Program-made: the position numbers and the translations under genes
Shown: piece after piece, positions 13,809 through 19,129 of the stretch
Layout of the letters: the number at the start of each line of letters is the position of its first letter
Position numbering within the stretch: the stretch's first letter is position 1
The notes under the pieces: model-generated
Database searches by the model: none
What the model was told of the DNA's origin: nothing
Seen by the model: only the letters and a program-made list of their open reading frames with translations
Virus record (IMG/VR): IMGVR_UViG_3300035128_000007
Length of the DNA stretch: 43,791 nt
DNA from: a virus
Reading direction: 5' to 3' (one strand)

Positions 13809-14160
13809 ACAACCAAGATTCCCAGCGCTCCTCTAGACAGTCAAGTTCTTCCATCCATCTTTCTGGATTTACACCATCATGGATGTCCTGGATATCAACC
13901 AATAACTCATCAATACCCTTGCCTATCTCCTTTCCAAAGAGATCCACTGCGCCTAATTTACGTAACAATACCTCTACCCCTATCCCCTCGTACTCCGGGT
14001 TATATAGTTCGTCTGGTATTAATGCACCGATCGGGCATTTCAATCTATCCGGGGTTCGATACATACCGACATATTCATCGCTAATTGCTGGGCGTGGCAT
14101 GCCGCGCATATGCTCCCGCACGAGACGGAACACGTCCTCGGCCTGGAGATACTCAGTCAT
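13798..14160 (-). CDS. Hypothetical protein
   Basis: 120-aa track ORF MTEYLQAEDVFRLVREHMRGMPRPAISDEY... Its ATG overlaps the stop of the 40-aa ORF upstream. Confidence 0.55.
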   Translation of the reverse strand: MTEYLQAEDVFRLVREHMRGMPRPAISDEYVGMYRTPDRLKCPIGALIPDELYNPEYEGIGVEVLLRKLGAVDLFGKEIGKGIDELLVDIQDIHDGVNPERWMEELDCLEERWESWLYGA

Positions 14161-14275
14161 GATATTTCCCCTCCTTTATTTCGAGGTACTTGACCAATAT
14201 GTCAGTCAGCATGTCAACTGCTTCCTCCGGGCCTTTCTGCTTCTGCTTTGCTGGGACTCTTTCGTAGTCAGCCAT
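14153..14275 (-). CDS. 40-aa ORF ending in KYLEIKEGKYHD, hand-called
   Basis: MADYERVPAKQKQKGPEEAVDMLTDILVKYLEIKEGKYHD. It overlaps both neighbours. The C-terminal 11 residues are identical to those of gene 14473..14877 although most codons differ at the third position. Confidence 0.45.
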   Translation of the reverse strand: MADYERVPAKQKQKGPEEAVDMLTDILVKYLEIKEGKYHD

Positions 14276-14480
14276 TCTCATTGTCTCCTATTGGGCCATC
14301 TATAATCGCCCACCATTCTGCATCTTCGTAGTAATCCCAAGCCGTTAATTCTCCTTGAATGATTCTATACACATCTTCTTTAGGCGAATAGATGAGAATC
14401 CTTTCCTTATCGCTTGGTTTTTGTTGCGCATCCCTATGCACCCAGCATAGGTGTTTAACCACCAAATAATTATCAACCAT
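14268..14480 (-). CDS. Hypothetical protein
   Basis: 70-aa track ORF MVDNYLVVKHLCWVHRDAQQKPSDKERILIYSPKEDVYRII... Its start overlaps the upstream stop. Confidence 0.55.
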   Translation of the reverse strand: MVDNYLVVKHLCWVHRDAQQKPSDKERILIYSPKEDVYRIIQGELTAWDYYEDAEWWAIIDGPIGDNENG

Positions 14481-14877
14481 GATACTTGCCTTCTTTTATC
14501 TCAAGATACTTAGTTGGGTGAATGAGATAGTCCAGGCTTCCGCGGAACTGTTTGTATCCGTTGCTTGGAGGAACCTTCGACATCAGGAACTTTGACTCCT
14601 GCACATGCAGGAAATAGTTCCTCCAGTTCTCCAATGATGGCAGGCCCTTCTTCCAGAGCGCCCTGATACGCGCCTGGCGCTGCTTGTTTATCTCCTTGGC
14701 ACACATCATGGGCGGCACCATCATATCGTTGTAGAGCCTCTGTATGGCATCATACGGGACAACAACATCGTTCCGCTTAGGCTTCTCGTCTCCCCATATC
14801 ACTTGGCCGCCAAGGGCTGCCACGGCACGCTCGAGGTGGTGCTTAACCCTATTCATCTGCCTGTTCGGCATCCCCAA
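14473..14877 (-). CDS. Hypothetical protein (possibly replication-associated C-terminal domain)
   Basis: 134 aa. RIRALWKKGLPSLENWRNYFLHVQESKFLMSK...FRGSLDYLIHPTKYLEIKEGKY resembles C-terminal domains seen on phage replication or DnaD-like proteins. This is recollection only. Confidence 0.5.
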   Translation of the reverse strand: MGMPNRQMNRVKHHLERAVAALGGQVIWGDEKPKRNDVVVPYDAIQRLYNDMMVPPMMCAKEINKQRQARIRALWKKGLPSLENWRNYFLHVQESKFLMSKVPPSNGYKQFRGSLDYLIHPTKYLEIKEGKYHG

Positions 14878-15067
14878 AAAGGCCCACCGCTTTCTCTATA
14901 CACCGGCGATATACCCATGCAATACTGCTCTCATAATCATATTCTTCTCCAATCTCTACCAAAGCACCGACATACTGGCCGCATTCGTCACATTTCTGTT
15001 CTCTTGCCCAAGACGTGTTACCGATAATATCTGCCACGTCTTTGGCGGTCGCGGTTTCCTTGTCCAA
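14849..15067 (-). CDS. Hypothetical protein; start uncertain (TTG)
   Basis: 72-aa track ORF. The frame stays open and coding-looking upstream to 15181 without a canonical start codon. Confidence 0.45.
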   Translation of the reverse strand: MDKETATAKDVADIIGNTSWAREQKCDECGQYVGALVEIGEEYDYESSIAWVYRRCIEKAVGLFGDAEQADE

Positions 15068-15117
15068 TGCTGCCAGTTTTTCCCATATTTCTTTTCTGTA
15101 CGGGTGGGAGTGTACTT

Positions 15118-15372
15118 TTAGGTGCTGTTCCCACCATTTATCGGCAACTTCTCGTATTTGGCCTTGCGGTCTTTCATGATTTTATTGGCAAACAACACGA
15201 CGCCACCCACTAACAGGATCGCTAGCGCCAGGGCAAAGCTACCCCAGAAAGGCGCAGTCACCCACCACCACGACCAATCGATATAGCCGGTAAGTTTGAG
15301 GGTCACGAACACCACGCCGAGAAGGCCGATCACGCTGATACCGCTACTGCTTGAACTAGAACTGTTACTCAT
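15118..15372 (-). CDS. Integral membrane protein (about 3 TM) with N-terminal poly-Ser
   Basis: MSNSSSSSSSGISVIGLLGVVFVTLKLTGYIDWSWWWVTAPFWGSFALALAILLVGGVVLFANKIMKDRK... Confidence 0.6.
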   Translation of the reverse strand: MSNSSSSSSSGISVIGLLGVVFVTLKLTGYIDWSWWWVTAPFWGSFALALAILLVGGVVLFANKIMKDRKAKYEKLPINGGNST

Positions 15373-15465
15373 CGTATTTATCCTCGTTGAAAATTCCTAA
15401 CAAGCGCATAAACTCGGACGCTAAAACCGGCGCTTCGCTTGGTTTTGCGTCGGTTATGCTTGTCG

Positions 15466-15717
15466 TTATGCCGCAACAACCCGAGCATGCACAAACGGGC
15501 GGAATGCTCTCGCTGCCGCGAGCGCAGCGTCGGCGGCTTCCCGCATGCCAAATCGCTGCGCGTTGCACGGGTCGCATACCCTCCCGGGGTCGCTCTGCTC
15601 TACATCGCAGGCCCAGACGCCAGGCTCTAGCTCTACAATATATTCCGCGTCTCGCGCGTCTCTTCTGGCGTCCGCCGTCGTGTACCACGGCATAACAAAG
15701 CCCTCCAACCGACCCAC
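15466..15717 (-). CDS. Hypothetical protein in a GC-rich segment; start uncertain (ATG 15693 also possible)
   Basis: 83-aa track ORF ...MPWYTTADARRDARDAEYIVELEPGVWACDVEQSDPGRVCDPCNAQRF... I preferred it over the Arg-rich overlapping frame 15365..15688. Confidence 0.5.
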   Translation of the reverse strand: MGRLEGFVMPWYTTADARRDARDAEYIVELEPGVWACDVEQSDPGRVCDPCNAQRFGMREAADAALAAARAFRPFVHARVVAA

Positions 15718-15746
15718 GCCGTCGGCGCTTATCTCTGGCTTAAAGT

Positions 15747-15771
15747 CCTCAGCCGGCGCGGGCGGCTGAGG
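15747..15771 (-). promoter_or_regulatory. Perfect 9-bp GC-rich hairpin between two genes (attenuator or RNA-stability element?)
   Basis: CCTCAGCCG(15747-55) ggcgcgg CGGCTGAGG(15763-71). On the minus strand it is followed only by ACTTTAAG, a weak U-tract, so it is not a clear terminator. Confidence 0.35.
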
Positions 15772-15777
15772 GCAACG

Positions 15778-16026
15778 TTATGCACAAGACGCCGAAACAG
15801 GCTCTGTCGCAGGAAACAGTCTCCTGTCAATTTCGTTTCTGTCCACCGTGAGGGCAACAATCTCAACGGCGTCAAAATCTCCAGTATCGATGTTGCTCTG
15901 GCGCGCATCGTGCAAGTAGCCGGGATTGTCGCTGTACTCAGGTCCGCTCATACATGCCAGCGCCTCCGGCGCGTACTGACCAGGGTAGGCGCATTTGCGT
16001 TGAGCCATCAGAATGTAAATGTTCAT
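15778..16026 (-). CDS. Hypothetical protein
   Basis: 82-aa track ORF with GAGAGGTGAACA immediately upstream of the ATG. It is the first gene after the terminator that follows the Cro-like gene. Confidence 0.6.
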   Translation of the reverse strand: MNIYILMAQRKCAYPGQYAPEALACMSGPEYSDNPGYLHDARQSNIDTGDFDAVEIVALTVDRNEIDRRLFPATEPVSASCA

Positions 16027-16057
16027 TGTTCACCTCTCAATATAGTAAGTCCCTGTT

Positions 16058-16088
16058 AAAACAGCCGGCCACCCATCGGGCGACCGGC
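16058..16088 (-). terminator. Intrinsic terminator after the Cro-like gene
   Basis: Minus strand GCCGGTCGCCC-gat-GGGTGGCCGGC (11-bp stem including 2 G-T pairs; plus-strand coordinates 16064-16088) followed by TGTTTTAAC. It lies 26 nt after the stop at 16114. Confidence 0.55.
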
Positions 16089-16113
16089 AATCCCAGTTGC
16101 TGGGGAGGAGTCC

Positions 16114-16296
16114 TCATTCCTGCTGAGCCGTCAGGAAATCGTGTAACTTCTGGATCTTCGTCACGCCAGGATCCCTAATCCTTCCTTGCGTGACCGCGTT
16201 GAGCCAATCACGCTCTACGCCAGCACCCTTCGCGATCTGCTCCCTTGTCAGGGCGCTGCGCAGGACTAATTTTCGCACTTCGGTTAGTAAGTTCAT
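16114..16296 (-). CDS. Cro/XRE-like small HTH regulator (first leftward gene)
   Basis: MNLLTEVRKLVLRSALTREQIAKGAGVERDWLNAVTQGRIRDPGVTKIQKLHDFL has an HTH pattern (LTREQIAKGAGV..WL). It lies directly downstream of the leftward promoter. The track start GTG 16305 would be leaderless. Confidence 0.6.
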   Translation of the reverse strand: MNLLTEVRKLVLRSALTREQIAKGAGVERDWLNAVTQGRIRDPGVTKIQKLHDFLTAQQE

Positions 16297-16311
16297 CTTC
16301 GTCACGATTCC

Positions 16312-16339
16312 ATTGTAGTAGTATTCTCCCCCTTGTCAA
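16312..16339 (-). promoter_or_regulatory. Leftward early promoter
   Basis: Minus strand TTGACA (16339-16334), 16 nt, TACAAT (16317-16312). The predicted TSS is near 16305, only about 9 nt before ATG 16296. Confidence 0.6.
16314..16324. promoter_or_regulatory. Operator half of an 11-bp inverted repeat (ATACTACTACA), left copy
   Basis: tgtagtagtat is the reverse complement of atactactaca at 16393-16403. It overlaps the -10 of the leftward promoter. A third TACTAC lies at 16352-16357. Confidence 0.5.
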
Positions 16340-16365
16340 GTAATATCTTCCTACTACGATAATGC

Positions 16366-16394
16366 TTGACATGGCTGTGCTGTGGTACTATTAT
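16366..16394 (+). promoter_or_regulatory. Rightward early promoter
   Basis: TTGACA (16366-16371), 17 nt, TATTAT (16389-16394). It lies about 30 nt upstream of the first rightward gene (ATG 16430). Confidence 0.7.
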
Positions 16395-16403
16395 ACTACT
16401 ACA
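16393..16403. promoter_or_regulatory. Operator half of an 11-bp inverted repeat (ATACTACTACA), right copy
   Basis: It overlaps the -10/+1 of the rightward promoter and is the perfect reverse complement of 16314-16324. Confidence 0.5.
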
Positions 16404-16429
16404 GAGAAGGAAAACAGACGAGGCCAGAC

Positions 16430-16633
16430 ATGAAGACCACCTTAACAAACAACGAAATGGTTAAATTTTTTTACGAGACCGACGGAGGAGATTCCGGATA
16501 CATAAACGCTAAAAATATCGATACCGCCAGGGAAATCTTTTTCGGCGAACATCCGGATATAGATCCGCAGTGCGCCGGCCTGTGGTCTCCAGATGACAGT
16601 GAATATCCAGATGATATTGGAGACAGACCATGA
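16430..16633 (+). CDS. Small strongly acidic early protein (67 aa)
   Basis: MKTTLTNNEMVKFFYETDGGDSGYINAKNIDTAREIFFGEHPDIDPQCAGLWSPDDSEYPDDIGDRP has about 15 D/E against about 5 K/R by my count. I preferred ATG 16430 over the track's GTG 16382, which lies inside the promoter. Confidence 0.6.
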   Translation: MKTTLTNNEMVKFFYETDGGDSGYINAKNIDTAREIFFGEHPDIDPQCAGLWSPDDSEYPDDIGDRP

Positions 16634-17022
16634 CACGCCTACTAACAGCACTTATCGCCGCATCCATCCTGCTGGGATGCGCCACCCAGAACGTCGCCGA
16701 CCTGCGGGCCCGCACAGACAACCAAGCATCATGGACAGTCTCCGCCCCTGTGCGGGATGTCTATCGTACATATAAGGAACACATCAGGGCTGGGCTCCCA
16801 CAAGGGTTCCTCTGGAGCGGGCGCCCAGTGGTCTCTGGAGACTTCTACGGAGATTCTGGCGAGTTCACCGTACGTCTCCAAGGAAACGCTATCGGATCCC
16901 CTGTATACCTATACACCACAATGGTTGAGGCCCCCGGCGGGACAGACGTCACTGTCTCATGGTCCAGAGGATGGAAATCGACAGCTATGGAGCTGCGCGG
17001 GCTTGATATTGCTGGAGGTTAA
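16630..17022 (+). CDS. Lipoprotein (lipobox LLGC)
   Basis: MTRLLTALIAASILLG|CATQNV is a classical signal peptidase II signal. 130 aa. ATGA overlap with the upstream gene. Confidence 0.75.
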   Translation: MTRLLTALIAASILLGCATQNVADLRARTDNQASWTVSAPVRDVYRTYKEHIRAGLPQGFLWSGRPVVSGDFYGDSGEFTVRLQGNAIGSPVYLYTTMVEAPGGTDVTVSWSRGWKSTAMELRGLDIAGG

Positions 17023-17027
17023 CGACA

Positions 17028-17255
17028 ATGAAAGATTTTACTTTGATTGAGCTGCTGATTGTTATTTGGATTATTGGTATTTTAGCATGGGTATTTTTAC
17101 AGTTTGGAAATAAAGAAAAAGAGAGGGTTGAGTTTATGGAGTACTGCCAATCGAAAGGGTCAACCGCTGAAGACTGTAAGTGGGAGTGGAAGCGATTAAA
17201 GAACGGGGAAAAGGCAGATACCATGTTTATCATACCGCTGCCTATGCGTTTCTAA
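17028..17255 (+). CDS. Type IV pilin/pseudopilin-like small protein (N-methyl domain motif, no -1 Gly)
   Basis: MKD-FTLIELLIVIWIIGILAWVF matches the prepilin FTLIEL hydrophobic helix with Glu at +5. It is only 75 aa, with CQSKGSTAEDC (C-x9-C). GGAGG lies 9 nt upstream. AT-rich. Confidence 0.65.
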   Translation: MKDFTLIELLIVIWIIGILAWVFLQFGNKEKERVEFMEYCQSKGSTAEDCKWEWKRLKNGEKADTMFIIPLPMRF

Positions 17256-17292
17256 TACGCATTGTTAGGCAAGAGGATTTCTGGAGGATCAC

Positions 17293-17409
17293 ATGAACAA
17301 AATGCGAGACGCTCTCTGGTTCGCATCGATCATGCGGGACGGGTGCTGCGGATGCCTGCGGCAGGCTCGGCGTAGCACACGCCGGTTTTTCAAACTTCTA
17401 CGGAGTTAA
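17293..17409 (+). CDS. 38-aa basic Cys-rich micro-ORF, hand-called
   Basis: GGAGGatcac ATG. MNKMRDALWFASIMRDGCCGCLRQARRSTRRFFKLLRS. It fills the gap between 17255 and 17415. Confidence 0.3.
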   Translation: MNKMRDALWFASIMRDGCCGCLRQARRSTRRFFKLLRS

Positions 17410-17414
17410 AGATT

Positions 17415-17792
17415 GTGAATAACCTACAAAAGCTATTACGATTGGCCGACCTCATTGAAGATAGAGACGATCTTGATCAAGATAGTTCTTCCCCTTCTTT
17501 CTCACCCGCCCTGGCATTTTCTGGCCGCCATTGCGTGGTCCGCACTTTTTCAGCTGGGGTCCATTTAGGGGTTGTTGAGTCTGTTGATGGCAGGGCTGTT
17601 CTTTTGCGTGACTCTCGGCGTCTATGGAAATGGGGCGGGGCTTTCACTTTGTCTGAAGTAGCCTTACATGGTATTGATCCGGATAAAAGCCGCATATCTG
17701 TCGAGTCACCAGTGATCATGCTGACGGAAGCAATCGAACTAATACCAACATCGGAAAAGGCTCGCGAGACGTTTGATGCTTGCCATGAGTAA
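17415..17792 (+). CDS. Hypothetical protein (conserved-looking phage protein)
   Basis: 125 aa, GTG start. GRHCVVRTFSAGVHLGVVESVDGRAVLLRDSRRLWKWGGAFTLSEVALHGI... is a pattern I have seen in phage early regions. No function known to me. Confidence 0.6.
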   Translation: MNNLQKLLRLADLIEDRDDLDQDSSSPSFSPALAFSGRHCVVRTFSAGVHLGVVESVDGRAVLLRDSRRLWKWGGAFTLSEVALHGIDPDKSRISVESPVIMLTEAIELIPTSEKARETFDACHE

Positions 17793-18090
17793 TCGACTAG
17801 ACAGCACTAACTGCGATGGCGACGGCTCCGGCTACGGCTCCGGCTACGGCGGCGGCGACGGCTCCGGCTACGGCTCCGGCTACGGCGGCGGCGACGGCTC
17901 CGGCTACGGCTCCGGCTACGGCTCCGGCTACGGCTCCGGCTCCGGCTACGGCTCCGGCGACGGCTTCGGCTCCGGCTTCGGCTCCGGCTTCGGCTCCGGC
18001 GGCTCCGGCTACGGCTACGGCTCTGGCTACGGCTCCGGCTTCGGCTCCGGCGACGGCTACGGCTTCGGCGACGGCTACGGCAACGGCTAG
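17785..18090 (+). CDS. Gly/Ser/Tyr(Phe)-repeat low-complexity protein (101 aa)
   Basis: MSNRLDSTNC then 91 residues built only from G,S,Y,F,D,N (DGSGYGSGYGGG x2, GSGYG..., GSGFG...). The ATG overlaps the upstream stop (ATGA). Third codon positions are almost all C. Confidence 0.55.
   Translation: MSNRLDSTNCDGDGSGYGSGYGGGDGSGYGSGYGGGDGSGYGSGYGSGYGSGSGYGSGDGFGSGFGSGFGSGGSGYGYGSGYGSGFGSGDGYGFGDGYGNG
17815..18087 (+). repeat. GC-rich tandem repeat array (6/12/36-nt periodicity)
   Basis: gacggctccggctacggctccggctacggcggcggc occurs twice in tandem (17821-17856 and 17857-17892). It is followed by degenerate ggctccggctac/ggcttc units. One 60-nt line hand-counts to about 80% G+C. Confidence 0.9.
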
Positions 18091-18094
18091 ATTT

Positions 18095-18301
18095 GTGACA
18101 TGGGACGAGATGCTCGACTCAGCCTTGGCTTTACAGGCTGCTATCGAGAGACAGATCCAAGAGATTCAGGAACCGCGGGAAGGTGTCCGTCACACGACAG
18201 ACCAGGCCGTTGCGCAGCTCATCGCTATACGGCGCTGGGAAATGCTTAATAAAGCAGTGTCTGGCGTAATTAGACAACTGGAGGATATTTGTGATGAATG
18301 A
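18095..18301 (+). CDS. Small helical protein; start uncertain (GTG 18095 or ATG 18110), frame continuous with the +1 frame of the repeat
   Basis: (V)TWDEMLDSALALQAAIERQIQEIQEPREGVRHTTDQAVAQLIAIRRWEMLNKAVSGVIRQLEDICDE. This is the tail of track ORF 17816..18301. No clear SD. Confidence 0.45.
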   Translation: MTWDEMLDSALALQAAIERQIQEIQEPREGVRHTTDQAVAQLIAIRRWEMLNKAVSGVIRQLEDICDE

Positions 18302-18527
18302 TCGTGATCTGATGATTGCAGCAGCGGACGTACTTGAGGAACAGGCTGACGCCTTCCAGAATATTTCCGGGATCAATGTAAGCTGGTATCAGAAGCCGCT
18401 CTCTAGACTGGGATCTCAATACAGTGAGACGGATATAGCAGGCTTAGTGACTACATACCGCAGCATGCGGCAGACTGTCGCCATCCTCAAAGCAAGAGCC
18501 TGTCAAATAGCCGCGCTAAGGAGGTAA
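18294..18527 (+). CDS. Paralog family member 1 (77 aa)
   Basis: MNDRDLMIAAADVLEEQADAFQ... shares the MND.D(A)DLM..AAD opening with the next gene. Confidence 0.6.
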   Translation: MNDRDLMIAAADVLEEQADAFQNISGINVSWYQKPLSRLGSQYSETDIAGLVTTYRSMRQTVAILKARACQIAALRR

Positions 18528-18530
18528 CAC

Positions 18531-18734
18531 ATGAACGACTATGACGCAGATCTTATGAGCCGCGCCGCCGACATTATTAACTTGGTCGCGGAGGAGTCAA
18601 AGGCTTCCCAAGTCGTCAATGGAGAATGGAAGGTTACTCACGATTATCAATCTGCCATCGCCAATTACATCGAACTAAAAGCTCTGGCAAAAGCATTGAG
18701 AAGGAGGGCTAAAGGTGACTCCACAGGAATATAG
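18531..18734 (+). CDS. Paralog family member 2 (67 aa)
   Basis: MNDYDADLMSRAADIINLVAEESKASQVVNGEWKVTHDYQSAIANYIELKALAKALRRRAKG. Confidence 0.65.
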   Translation: MNDYDADLMSRAADIINLVAEESKASQVVNGEWKVTHDYQSAIANYIELKALAKALRRRAKGDSTGI

Positions 18735-19125
18735 CGACCTCGCTACAGAGGAATTTGAGAAGGCCCATCCAAACGAGGCCAAGGGCACAGCCAATTACTT
18801 CTCTTGGAAGGCCGCATGGCTTGCGGCAACTTGCGCAGAGAAGGACGCGCAAATCGCTATTCTAGCAGATCTTATGATCCGCGCTGCCGACATTATTAAC
18901 ATGACCGCAGAGGAGCTAAAGGCTTTCCATGTCGTCCGTGGTCAATGGAAGCTTACGCACGATGAGAAATCTATCATCGGAAGCTATTCCCAGTACATCC
19001 GGTTATATAGGCACCGCTATAAGCTAAAAGCTCTGGCAAAAGCATTGAGAAGGAGATCTATCGCCATTCTAAATGGAGAAATCGCCCGCCTCCGAAATGA
19101 CATCGACGACTTGAGAGACGCTTGA
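18715..19125 (+). CDS. Paralog family member 3 with N-terminal extension (136 aa)
   Basis: AAGGAGGGctaaag GTG. The second half, LADLMIRAADIINMTAEELKAFHVVRGQWKLTHDEKS...LKALAKALRRRS, parallels member 2. Confidence 0.65.
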   Translation: MTPQEYSDLATEEFEKAHPNEAKGTANYFSWKAAWLAATCAEKDAQIAILADLMIRAADIINMTAEELKAFHVVRGQWKLTHDEKSIIGSYSQYIRLYRHRYKLKALAKALRRRSIAILNGEIARLRNDIDDLRDA

Positions 19126-19129
19126 AATC

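Noticed and set aside
15365-15688. 107-aa minus ORF overlapping 15466..15717.
   Set aside because: It is an extremely Arg/Ala/Cys-rich translation (RQKRRARRGIYCRARAWRLGLRCRAERPREG...), typical of an off-frame reading of GC-rich DNA. The alternative frame gives a more protein-like sequence.
17815-18087. Possible CRISPR array or minisatellite-type non-coding repeat.
   Set aside because: The units are 6-36 nt, contiguous and without spacers. The array sits in an uninterrupted ORF coupled (ATGA) to the upstream gene, with C at almost every third position. A coding tandem repeat is the simpler reading.
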